Positions 18,352-26,315 of a DNA stretch of 61,111 nt are shown in pieces. This DNA comes from a virus (lineage: Duplodnaviria; Caudoviricetes). A program made the position numbers and the translations under genes. The notes beneath the pieces were generated by a model. That model did no database searches and was not told the DNA's origin. It worked only from the letters and a program-made list of their open reading frames with translations. Each line of letters begins with the position of its first letter. Positions within the stretch are counted from its first letter, which is position 1. The DNA lies in IMG/VR virus record IMGVR_UViG_3300042444_000090, positions 1 to 61,111 of that record; one strand, given 5' to 3'.

Positions 18352-20190
18352 TCACTCGCTAAAGTCTACAAACTCTAAATTGTCAACGATTGTTTCTATT
18401 TTCCGCTCAATCGGCTCAGGTTTTGGCTCAGTCATCGTCGGCACTGCCCCGCCCCTTTGCCGCATTAAATACACCAATAAAGACAGGGAGTCCAAGGCGT
18501 CAGGGCTACTCTGCCTTGTCCGCTTAACATAATCCGCCTTGCTCTCCACCCTCACCAATCCCTTCCCCTGCTGTTTGTAGCGCCTAGCTATCGCCTGCTT
18601 CACCACATCGTCGTTCCGAAAACTCGGCGCTATTTTTAGGAATTCAAACTCCACGTACTTCGACAATCCAAAGATCAGTTCGGTCACCACTCCGCTGTAT
18701 AACTCGTTTGCCTTCTGACTATCGTCGCCAAGGATTCTGGTTTCCGTAGCCGCCCAACTGTAATTGACCCCCATCACTTCCGATCCAAAAAGGCTACATA
18801 AAGAATCGTGGATGCCAGCGCCGTTGCCTGTCCTGTCCACACACAGCCAGTTCGGGCTGATCCGCATCTGCTTGCAGAACTTTATAATCGCCGCCGTCTG
18901 CTCCAGTGTCGCCCTCTTCGGAAAGCTGATCTGCCCGTCCAACTGAAGGACAATCTTCGGCTTCTTGAACTCAATGAACTTCCCATCCCTAGGCGTCCAG
19001 CCATCGCTCAGGCCAAACCGCCCATGCGAGCACAGCACCTGATCGTTTCCCTCCAAGGCTAAGTCAAATGCCGCCAATGGCACTACTGGCCCAATGAACC
19101 GCACGTTCCCAATAGAATTGTCCATCATAGCAGGCGTTATGATCGCCATCGCTATGCCTTCCTGCGGGAAGAAGCCGCGAGCCATCGTGTAGTATTCCGC
19201 CGTCTTGCCCCTCGCTTCATAGGCCATGTAGCCCTCGTAGGTCTGGAAGCCGGGGAACACTACCCGCTTCTCCGTCACGTTCTCGCACCTAGCCGCATCC
19301 AATCGCAATACGTGCCACCCATCCCTGCTCTTCCACTCAAAGTCCTCCTCACAGTCCGCAGTGAGCCACCCGCCCTCTGGCTCGCATCGCTTGCCAAACT
19401 CGCTCATCCGATCCTTCGGGTTCGACGCTCCAAAAATCTTAATACGTCCTTTTGCTCCCTCCGTATCCGCCGCCGACAAGATGTTCTGCAAGCCTTCCCA
19501 TACGCCTGCAGGAACTTCCTCCGCCTCGTCCAGTACCACATGGGTTCGACTCATAAGCCCCCATTTCGGATGCGGTTTCCCTGCTCTCGGCGCTGGATGG
19601 AATCCGCGCAGCGTTCCCGTCCCACTGTCACCCCTCGGCACTGCCACCAGATGAATCCCGTTCTTGTCATCGTCATTCGCCTGAATCGACTTCACCAGTT
19701 CCTCGCCGCCCTCATACTCTGGTTTCACTAGCGCCGTTCTATAAAACGTCTTAATCGCTGCAAATACGTTCCGCTGTGCGTGAGCCTCAGTCAGCGAAAC
19801 AACTTTAATACAGGTGTAATAAGGATCGCGCATCCAATCCAACAAGAACCATGCCGCCGCATTGAACGTCTTGCCCATCGCACCCGCTCCCTGAATCAGC
19901 AGCTTGTCATGCTCAAACAAGCAGCGCCAAGTGTCCTTCGCTGATTGCGGACGCCAATCGTAAACCGTGCTGCCCCACAGGATCGTCGCCGCCGCCTCAA
20001 ACTGATCCTTCTCCAACAAGTCCTGAACAAACTGCAGCACTATCGACTTCGCCATCGCTTCATCAATCGACTTCGGCATCTTGCCGCCAACCGTTGCCTT
20101 CTTCAGGATATGCGCTGCTGCATATAATACGCCTTTTAACTCATCGCGCTCCGCCTCTGCACGAATCTCCTTCGCCAGCGTCAGCGCCAT
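18352..20190 (-). CDS. terL: Terminase large subunit
   Basis: Walker A GAGAMGKT, Walker B VVLDEAEE, motif III GASNP, nuclease AAFDLA / VDRTGNG / SPDALDS. Confidence 0.92.
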   Translation of the reverse strand: MALTLAKEIRAEAERDELKGVLYAAAHILKKATVGGKMPKSIDEAMAKSIVLQFVQDLLEKDQFEAAATILWGSTVYDWRPQSAKDTWRCLFEHDKLLIQGAGAMGKTFNAAAWFLLDWMRDPYYTCIKVVSLTEAHAQRNVFAAIKTFYRTALVKPEYEGGEELVKSIQANDDDKNGIHLVAVPRGDSGTGTLRGFHPAPRAGKPHPKWGLMSRTHVVLDEAEEVPAGVWEGLQNILSAADTEGAKGRIKIFGASNPKDRMSEFGKRCEPEGGWLTADCEEDFEWKSRDGWHVLRLDAARCENVTEKRVVFPGFQTYEGYMAYEARGKTAEYYTMARGFFPQEGIAMAIITPAMMDNSIGNVRFIGPVVPLAAFDLALEGNDQVLCSHGRFGLSDGWTPRDGKFIEFKKPKIVLQLDGQISFPKRATLEQTAAIIKFCKQMRISPNWLCVDRTGNGAGIHDSLCSLFGSEVMGVNYSWAATETRILGDDSQKANELYSGVVTELIFGLSKYVEFEFLKIAPSFRNDDVVKQAIARRYKQQGKGLVRVESKADYVKRTRQSSPDALDSLSLLVYLMRQRGGAVPTMTEPKPEPIERKIETIVDNLEFVDFSE

Positions 20191-20209
20191 GTTAAGGCTC
20201 TTCCTGATC

Positions 20210-20512
20210 TTAGTTCTTTCCATGCAGCAACACTGGTTCAAGTATCCAATCCAAATAAGCAGGCGTTTGCTCCCCTGAATAGTTCCCTTCGATATTGTAC
20301 TCAAAGAACTCTTCGGCCTCATCTTCACTCATGCCATCACGCATAAGTATCTTTATGCATTTCTCGCGATGGTAGATCGCAATGGGATTGCCGCACTGTC
20401 TTGCTACCCCAACGAAAGCCTCTTCAAACCCGTCAGCCAATAAGATCGGCTCGTCCACGTCCATCAGTTCCTTGAGCTTTGTCAGAAGCTGTTCCTTTGT
20501 CCTGCAAGTCAT
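20210..20512 (-). CDS. Conserved phage hypothetical protein
   Basis: LADGFEEAFVG..Y..EKCI..LM.DGMS..EAEEFFEYNI.G.Y.GE.TP motif. Confidence 0.7.
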   Translation of the reverse strand: MTCRTKEQLLTKLKELMDVDEPILLADGFEEAFVGVARQCGNPIAIYHREKCIKILMRDGMSEDEAEEFFEYNIEGNYSGEQTPAYLDWILEPVLLHGKN

Positions 20513-20698
20513 ATTGGCCTTTATTAAGAGTTTCACTTGTTAAAGTTTTCCTCTACTGCGTTTAATACAAGTTCCGTTGCGTATACTAAAGCGTCATTCA
20601 GTTTATACAACGCTAGTACCTGATCGTCTGCCCAAGCCAAAGCATTCTTGCTTCATGGTCATACGCGACTTCTGGCAGCGATGAACAGCCAGACATAA

Positions 20699-20887
20699 TC
20701 AGCGCGATGATGGCACAGGCTGTTCGCATAGCGGACAAAGCGCAAGGTTCGGCGCTGGCTTCTTGGCGCGATAAGCGTCTGCTGCTCTGGACGCAATCGC
20801 TACAAGCGCACAGCAGACAACCATGCCAACCAGAAACATAATAGGCGTTATTGTTGGGCCTCTCATGTTAATCAGCTTGCTTCTCAT
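20699..20887 (-). CDS. Small membrane protein with CxxC
   Basis: Hydrophobic segment then CPLC. Confidence 0.45.
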   Translation of the reverse strand: MRSKLINMRGPTITPIMFLVGMVVCCALVAIASRAADAYRAKKPAPNLALCPLCEQPVPSSR

Positions 20888-21173
20888 GGCCGTCCTCCTT
20901 GTTTGCGCTGACCTTCCACCACTTGCCTGTCGGACAGTACTCCGTTGCCATAGCGCTCTTTATTTCCATGTTACAGCCACAGACGTTGCACTTGCCCATG
21001 CCGCCGTAGCCTGTCTTGTCGTAATGCTCACAGTAGCGGCAGAAGTCTAGGCGCTTCTCAATGTCAGCGACTGAGGCGCGAGGCATCCCTGCAGCGACGA
21101 ACACAGCGGCAGACTTGAAGAAGTTCTTCGCCATCTGTGCCATTGTTGGCTTTGGTGGTAGCGGTTTGTTCAT
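20868..21173 (-). CDS. Cys-rich Zn-binding hypothetical protein
   Basis: RLDFCRYCEH..CNVCGC..K..CPTGKW. Confidence 0.7.
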   Translation of the reverse strand: MNKPLPPKPTMAQMAKNFFKSAAVFVAAGMPRASVADIEKRLDFCRYCEHYDKTGYGGMGKCNVCGCNMEIKSAMATEYCPTGKWWKVSANKEDGHEKQAD

Positions 21174-21430
21174 GCCATTACGTCATCGTATTTCGCGTGA
21201 GCCTTTATCTCGTCTAGCTCTTTCTTCACTGCAATGAAAGCATCCACTGCGGCCTGAGTCTTGCGCGTATGCCATTCCAGCAGGCGCTTGGCTTCTGCCA
21301 GATCATGGAACACGTCATTGCGCTGCTCTTCCATGCGCTCAGCGTGTTCGGTCAGGCGGATGATCTGTCGGCCCACAGGCGAGCCTACAAGGTTCTTCCG
21401 CACGGCATCTGTCTCAGGGGTAATCTTCAC
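21170..21430 (-). CDS. Hypothetical coiled-coil protein
   Basis: TPETDA motif; coupled to both neighbours. Confidence 0.6.
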   Translation of the reverse strand: MKITPETDAVRKNLVGSPVGRQIIRLTEHAERMEEQRNDVFHDLAEAKRLLEWHTRKTQAAVDAFIAVKKELDEIKAHAKYDDVMA

Positions 21431-21747
21431 GGGCGCTCCTCCTTCTCCAGAAGGCGCTGATACATGATCGCTGCTCGCTCAAACTGTAGCCAGCCATCCT
21501 CAGCGCATTTGCCTGCTACGTGAAAGAACGTCCTGCAGCAATCCATCGCATCCTTGAGCTTCATCTTCAGGTCATAGACTTCCAGCGTCAGGGCCAGTTC
21601 TCTGTCGGCACAGCGTTCCAGAGCGGTCTGGAGCTTAGCCGTCTTCGGGGGTGAGCCAGTGTTGGGGCGCAAACCTTCCCCAAGGTTTTTGTTATGTTGA
21701 TTTCCAACACTGGCTCGTTTCTTCTTGGTATTCATTGATTTATCCAT
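21427..21747 (-). CDS. Hypothetical protein
   Basis: 106-aa ORF coupled to downstream gene. Confidence 0.55.
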   Translation of the reverse strand: MDKSMNTKKKRASVGNQHNKNLGEGLRPNTGSPPKTAKLQTALERCADRELALTLEVYDLKMKLKDAMDCCRTFFHVAGKCAEDGWLQFERAAIMYQRLLEKEERP

Positions 21748-21817
21748 ATGGGGTATTAATTGATAGATGAGTCTGTTCGCCTATACATGACTATGTTTGT
21801 ATTGCGTTATAGGCAAG

Positions 21818-22030
21818 TTATCTCCGTAAGCCCTTGGTTTTGTGCTTGTTGCAGGCGTCCATGTACGTTCTCAAATTCGCCATATCTCGCTCTGCTGCCT
21901 CTCTCCCCTCAGGGGTATCGGGGTAGGTCTGCTCGTAGCGGGGCATGGGTAGCCCCCTAGATAGCCTAGCCCCCACGGGGCCATACGGGGTGCATATCGT
22001 CAGGCGGATACTTAGTTCAGGGCTGCTCAT
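21818..22030 (-). CDS. Hypothetical protein
   Basis: 70-aa ORF overlapping terS end. Confidence 0.55.
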   Translation of the reverse strand: MSSPELSIRLTICTPYGPVGARLSRGLPMPRYEQTYPDTPEGREAAERDMANLRTYMDACNKHKTKGLRR

Positions 22031-22499
22031 GTTCCTTTTCCTCTATCCTGACAAAGTCGCCATCGATGACTTCTGCCTCGACTAGCTCAGGGTGCTCGTC
22101 ACGGCTAGGCGTGTTGAAGGTGAGCGTCAGCTTCTGCTCGCCTGTATGTTCATGCTCAATCCGATCACCGTAGCGTTTCGGGGCCAGCTTGCTGGATACC
22201 CATTTTAGAGCATCTACGCGAAGCCGTCCGATCTGTGCATCATGCGAACTGAATGCTTCATCGATGATCATGTCGAAGTACGTGTCTGCCTGCTCGTCAC
22301 GCGCCTGTGCGTAGTGGGTGCGAAACTCAGGGTACTTTTTAAGCCAACGGAGGACGGTAACCTTGTCGGGGAAGTTATCATCGCGGCAGATGGCGCGGAG
22401 GGATTCACCGAGGGAGATGCGCTCGCATATGGCGTTGGCGATGTATTCGGAGTACGAAGAAGGTCTTCCGATAGGCTTTGCCAATTGTTTCTTCTTCAT
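22017..22499 (-). CDS. terS: Terminase small subunit (Sf6/P22-like HTH)
   Basis: GRPSSYS..IANAICERISLGESLRAIC..P...TVLRWL..YAQAR; RLRVDALKW..SKLAPKRYGDR. Confidence 0.9.
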   Translation of the reverse strand: MKKKQLAKPIGRPSSYSEYIANAICERISLGESLRAICRDDNFPDKVTVLRWLKKYPEFRTHYAQARDEQADTYFDMIIDEAFSSHDAQIGRLRVDALKWVSSKLAPKRYGDRIEHEHTGEQKLTLTFNTPSRDEHPELVEAEVIDGDFVRIEEKEHEQP

Positions 22500-22517
22500 G
22501 GGGTTATGACTTCAATA

Positions 22518-22545
22518 TTGACAGGTTATGCAACGATGGTATAAT
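22518..22545 (+). promoter_or_regulatory. Consensus sigma70 promoter on the antisense (+) strand
   Basis: TTGACA (22518-23), 16 nt, TATAAT (22540-45), with extended -10 TG. Confidence 0.7.
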
Positions 22546-22949
22546 CAAACAGGTGTTTGAATATGAGTCGATGCTTTTTTACGAGCGGATGTCGATGATG
22601 GTTTCTTCTTCCAAGCGCGTTTTGACTTTTTCTTGGACGAATTGGAGTTCGATGCTTTCTGGATCATCATTCGGGATGAGTTTGGCATACCTGAGTTGAT
22701 CGATGAGAGGTTTGCAGCCTCCTGCAAAATTGTCCAAGTCGAGGACATGGCACGATCTGCGCGTAATGCACACGATAGCGCGAGAGCGGCCTTTTTCTTT
22801 TCTTTGAGGAGATGGCTCCAGTGTTTCCCTAGGAGTTGGTTGAGTGACGGGGTTAGGTAGTGAGGTAGAATTATGCGAAGGTGCGGGGGTAGGTGGACGG
22901 GAATACGATCCATCAGGGAGTTGGGAGTAGCCGAGTTTGCGGAGGTCAT
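22545..22949 (-). CDS. Overlapping ORF carrying a RusA N-terminal-like motif
   Basis: LPHYLTPSLNQLLGKHWSHLLKEKKKA resembles the PSxN..HW start of RusA-like resolvases; alternative start at 22913. Confidence 0.45.
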   Translation of the reverse strand: MTSANSATPNSLMDRIPVHLPPHLRIILPHYLTPSLNQLLGKHWSHLLKEKKKAALALSCALRADRAMSSTWTILQEAANLSSINSGMPNSSRMMIQKASNSNSSKKKSKRAWKKKPSSTSARKKASTHIQTPV

Positions 22950-22959
22950 CGAAGGTCAT
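22579..22959 (-). CDS. rusA: RusA-like Holliday junction resolvase (catalytic part)
   Basis: ITRRSCHVLDLDNFAGGCKPLIDQLRYAKLIPNDD = DxDN..K..D..DD motif. Confidence 0.75.
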   Translation of the reverse strand: MTFDDLRKLGYSQLPDGSYSRPPTPAPSHNSTSLPNPVTQPTPRETLEPSPQRKEKGRSRAIVCITRRSCHVLDLDNFAGGCKPLIDQLRYAKLIPNDDPESIELQFVQEKVKTRLEEETIIDIRS

Positions 22960-23131
22960 TGTCTATTGAGTCTTTGTGAGCTTCGGGGGCGTCATTATAG
23001 ACCAGAGATTGGTCATTGGGTGTGGGAGTGTCGGAGGGGGTGTGGCGCTTCTTGGAGAAGATAGCGTCATAGTTTTCCCTGTAGACGATTAGATTAGTGG
23101 GACGGGGCTTATCACCTTTGCCAGCGCTCAT
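22946..23131 (-). CDS. Small conserved phage protein
   Basis: MSAGKGDKPRP...YRENYDAIF motif; ATGA-coupled to TAGT-like gene. Confidence 0.6.
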   Translation of the reverse strand: MSAGKGDKPRPTNLIVYRENYDAIFSKKRHTPSDTPTPNDQSLVYNDAPEAHKDSIDNDLR

Positions 23132-24012
23132 GTGGTTTTTTCTATTTGTGTGAGGCGCATACCATAATCGTTTACAGCGCCTGTGCGAACATATTGTTCG
23201 TAGTGAGGGACGCGATTGAGTTTGTTGCGTTTGAATCTTTTGTAATCGACGTGATGGTGCAGGCGATTGAAGCGCCAAGTGATTTCGGAGACATCGGGGT
23301 GCAGGGCTTTGAGCATTTCGGATTTTGGGCCTGTGCCTTCGTGTGCGTAGAAGGCGTCCGTGTTGCCGCCCTTGAGGGTTTGGGTGGTGGCCTTTTCTTG
23401 GAGGAAGGCGTTGAACTGGCAAGTGACGTAGCCATCCTTGAGTGCGCGGAGGGAGAGGTCGGTGTCCTCGTTATAGCGTCCTCGCCAGCGGTACGGCAGT
23501 GCGTTGTCTATGAGCAGGCAGGAGTATATGCGCGTATTTAGGACGAATGCGGGGAGTGGTTCCTTGGCCTTGGCGAAGAAGTCGTAGTTGAAGCCAGCGA
23601 TGGCGAGGTTGGTGTAGCGGTCTGTGAAGTCTTCGGCGGCGGCGAAGATAGCGCCGTTGGTGACTTTGACCATGAGGTTACGGTTGAGGCGATTGAAAGA
23701 GGCGATGTTATCGTCCATGACCCAATGGCGCTGGTAGCCAGAGAGGGAGGAGATGTCCCATGCGAAGTTCCGTGCGGGGCCGGGGCCGAGCGGCTTGGTG
23801 CGTCCATGCTCATCGCACGGCTCATACTGCTCATGGTACTGCGGGGGCAGCGTCAGGATCTTATCAGGGTGTATAACCTTTGCGTACAGATCGTACTCAT
23901 CACGCTCCACGATGATGTAGTACGGGACGTTGATTGACTCCAGCGCCTTGCTAGTCAGGCGAGAGTCAGCGCGTCCTTTTGATACAATATAGATCGGATA
24001 GCGCGGGTTCAT
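23128..24012 (-). CDS. TET-associated glycosyltransferase (TAGT/GREB1-like), putative DNA-base hypermodification enzyme
   Basis: YPIYIVSKGRA, HWVMDDNI, TRIYSCLLI, WRGRYNEDTDLSLRAL, GGNTD motifs. Confidence 0.8.
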   Translation of the reverse strand: MNPRYPIYIVSKGRADSRLTSKALESINVPYYIIVERDEYDLYAKVIHPDKILTLPPQYHEQYEPCDEHGRTKPLGPGPARNFAWDISSLSGYQRHWVMDDNIASFNRLNRNLMVKVTNGAIFAAAEDFTDRYTNLAIAGFNYDFFAKAKEPLPAFVLNTRIYSCLLIDNALPYRWRGRYNEDTDLSLRALKDGYVTCQFNAFLQEKATTQTLKGGNTDAFYAHEGTGPKSEMLKALHPDVSEITWRFNRLHHHVDYKRFKRNKLNRVPHYEQYVRTGAVNDYGMRLTQIEKTT

Positions 24013-24287
24013 GCGACAGTCTCAGGGGCGTCCTGAGTGTAGCGCAAGTGCGATGCACGGCGGTGCTCCATAGCAGGGAACCACAGTGCGCGTTGCTTGG
24101 GGGTGATGGGCTGGCCCATACGGCGCGAGAATTCTTTTACGTCTTCCTCATTACGGAAGCGCACGTTGATCACGCGATAGGGGCGGAGATCCTCCATGAC
24201 GAATTCAGGCATATCCTGCCATTCTTCCTGCCATAGGGACGGGACATCAAGGAGTGTGGGGTTCTGCTTTGGGCTGAGCTTTTTCAT
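24009..24287 (-). CDS. Conserved small partner of TAGT-like gene
   Basis: EWQDMPEF..VRFRNEEDV..F...GQPITPK..LWFP motif; coupled to TAGT. Confidence 0.65.
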   Translation of the reverse strand: MKKLSPKQNPTLLDVPSLWQEEWQDMPEFVMEDLRPYRVINVRFRNEEDVKEFSRRMGQPITPKQRALWFPAMEHRRASHLRYTQDAPETVA

Positions 24288-24423
24288 CGATGATGAGGGG
24301 AGTGGGTTCCTTACAAAACTGGTCATAGGCCAAATCGGCAGCGAGGTCACAGGGATTGCAATCGCCGTAGAGTTTGCCGTGGACGCAGTATTCTGACGTT
24401 GGGATGGGTTCTTTATCGCTCAT
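24247..24423 (-). CDS. Small Cys/His protein (58 aa, below cutoff)
   Basis: Hand translation MSDKEPIPTSEYCVHGKLYGDCNPCDLAADLAYDQFCKE... Confidence 0.55.
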   Translation of the reverse strand: MSDKEPIPTSEYCVHGKLYGDCNPCDLAADLAYDQFCKEPTPLIIDEKAQPKAEPHTP

Positions 24424-24438
24424 TATAATTCAATTGTG

Positions 24439-24504
24439 TTGGTATTAGCAGCAGCGCCTACGCAGTCACTTGCTGTTTCAGCGCTGCTGCTCCATACATA
24501 CCAA
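24439..24504 (-). promoter_or_regulatory. Intergenic long hairpin with bulge
   Basis: 24447-57 pairs with 24481-91 (11 bp); 24439-45 pairs with 24498-504. Confidence 0.55.
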
Positions 24505-24512
24505 ATTAGCCT

Positions 24513-25037
24513 CTAGAACGGAATGTCATCGTCGGCTAGTTCCTCTTCCTCTTGCTTCGGCTTAGAGGACATGGCCTTAGCCTTGGCATCAGCGGCTTTG
24601 CTAGATGGCTGAGCGATGGAAGTGCTTTCTCCTTTGTCCTCAGCCTTCATGCGAGCGAGCAGACGGTCAGCGACTTCAGCCTTGGCTTTGTTGGTCAGGC
24701 TGTTGAGCCACTTGGCCTTGATCATGGTCTTGCCGTTGTATTCCTCTTCTTCGGTCACGATGATGACTTCAATGTCTGCAAACGAGTCGAGGTCATCCCA
24801 ATCACCATTCCAATCGAATGCCCTGATGAGCGCTTCGACGGTGCGGGGTTTGGCTTTCTCGCTGAGGTAACCGCGCCAGACGATTTCCCTGCGGTACTGG
24901 TCGCCTGCTTCTGTGACGATGCAGGGGATTCGGATGAATGGTGTGCCGCTTTGCGTTTCGTCTAGCCATCCGTTGGGAGGACGTTTGACGGTGCAGAGGA
25001 AGCTGCCTACTTGATCGATGTATTTATTGTCGCTCAT
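24513..25037 (-). CDS. ssb: Single-stranded DNA-binding protein (DUF669-like)
   Basis: OB-like core, flexible tail ending DDDIPF. Confidence 0.8.
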   Translation of the reverse strand: MSDNKYIDQVGSFLCTVKRPPNGWLDETQSGTPFIRIPCIVTEAGDQYRREIVWRGYLSEKAKPRTVEALIRAFDWNGDWDDLDSFADIEVIIVTEEEEYNGKTMIKAKWLNSLTNKAKAEVADRLLARMKAEDKGESTSIAQPSSKAADAKAKAMSSKPKQEEEELADDDIPF

Positions 25038-25045
25038 ATTGATGA

Positions 25046-25321
25046 TTATTCTTCAAACGGGTTGCTGTCTTGTGCCGCCACAGGTGCTGGTGTGGCTTCA
25101 GGTTGCGGTGTGAGGCTAACTTGCGGATGATGACCGGGGGGCCAAGTCTGCGATTCCAGCACCTTTGCGATCTTAGCTAGTTCGCCGCTGATGTATTTAT
25201 ACCAAGCATGGCACTGTTCGTGTTCCATCTTGAGTTCACCTTTGAATTCTTCAGGCTGCGTCCTGCGTTTGGCAGTCTTCACCATGAAGATCAGTTTGCT
25301 AGGTTTAGGTTGTTTAGGCAT
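25046..25321 (-). CDS. Hypothetical protein
   Basis: 91-aa ORF, TAAATG coupling. Confidence 0.55.
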   Translation of the reverse strand: MPKQPKPSKLIFMVKTAKRRTQPEEFKGELKMEHEQCHAWYKYISGELAKIAKVLESQTWPPGHHPQVSLTPQPEATPAPVAAQDSNPFEE

Positions 25322-25480
25322 TTATTTTCCTTTCTTGGGCGAATACACCATCTTTCTGACGGAGAATCCACCACGTTTGTTTTTCATTTTGCTCCACGTC
25401 TCTGGATCGATTGTCGATTTGGACTTAGAGCGTGATTTTCCAGCTTTCTTTCGCTTATTGATGTTCTCGTAGAGACTCAT
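25322..25480 (-). CDS. Small basic protein (52 aa, below cutoff)
   Basis: Hand translation MSLYENINKRKKAGKSRSKSKSTIDPETWSKMKNKRGGFSVRKMVYSPKKGK; fills the gap exactly. Confidence 0.65.
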   Translation of the reverse strand: MSLYENINKRKKAGKSRSKSKSTIDPETWSKMKNKRGGFSVRKMVYSPKKGK

Positions 25481-26124
25481 TGCTTGGGTTTCTTGTTGCT
25501 GAAGTTCTCCAGCAGCGCGAAGGGTGAGCGGCCATAAGCGGCCAAATAGTCATCGGTATCGATGACAAGGCCGAGCTTATCTGCCGTATCTTCACTCCAC
25601 ACTACTTTGGCGTACTTCAAGTTATGGGTTTGGATCAGGTGATCATGCTTGCCGCCGCAGGACGCCTGCAGGACAAGGTTCTTGGGGATCTGGCCTAAAC
25701 GATTAACCCAAAAGGTTAATGATTTAGTGAATGCCCAAAAGTGTATGTCAGGGTTCTCCATGACGAAGAGCAGCCATCCGTCGAAGTATGTCTGCGAGAA
25801 GAAGTCTCCTGCAGTGTGGACGCGACAGCGCTTCATCTTCTTAGGCTTGGCGCGAGTCAGGATCGAACAGACCTGATGCGGTGTCTTGCCCTTGACGGCT
25901 TCAAAGTTCGTCCACAGGCGATTACGCACGGATGGGTAGCGCTCAGTCACGGCGGAGTAGCAGCGGAATTCCTGCTTCGGGCCGTTCCAGACTTTGCCCG
26001 TGTTGCGATCAGCGATGGCGAGGCACTTCTCAGCGCCGGGGCAAGTCGTACCGCTTGGCAGCGACCACGAATACGCATCCGAATCAAATACGTACCGATT
26101 TACTTTGGTGAACGCAGGGATCAT
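25477..26124 (-). CDS. gp88-like (radical-SAM-related, Cys-cluster) protein
   Basis: WSLPSGTTCPGA..C..CY; RVHTAGDFFSQ.Y..W; FWAFTKS. Confidence 0.75.
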   Translation of the reverse strand: MIPAFTKVNRYVFDSDAYSWSLPSGTTCPGAEKCLAIADRNTGKVWNGPKQEFRCYSAVTERYPSVRNRLWTNFEAVKGKTPHQVCSILTRAKPKKMKRCRVHTAGDFFSQTYFDGWLLFVMENPDIHFWAFTKSLTFWVNRLGQIPKNLVLQASCGGKHDHLIQTHNLKYAKVVWSEDTADKLGLVIDTDDYLAAYGRSPFALLENFSNKKPKQ

Positions 26125-26315
26125 GGCGCAATCGTGAACGTGTAGTTTGTATTGTCAGCATCCATCATCGGCACAGCCTGCAGCAGCGCCTGCTGCCAAG
26201 GAACAAACTTGCTGATATGTCCAAATGCTGCAGTGATCATCGAAGTAAATTGTGATCCCATAAAGACGCATATTTTTGGATCTTCATAAGGCTCATCGAT
26301 ATCTTCAAAAATCAT
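26121..26315 (-). CDS. Hypothetical protein
   Basis: 64-aa ORF overlapping both neighbours. Confidence 0.45.
   Translation of the reverse strand: MIFEDIDEPYEDPKICVFMGSQFTSMITAAFGHISKFVPWQQALLQAVPMMDADNTNYTFTIAP

Noticed and set aside
20534-20696. Protein-like frame LAWADDQVLALYKLNDALVYATELVLNAVEENFNK in the gap
   Set aside because: No ATG start and under 40 codons; may be a TTG-start mini-gene or remnant but cannot be supported
21748-21817. AT-rich gap as a late promoter
   Set aside because: Only weak, mis-spaced -35/-10 matches on either strand
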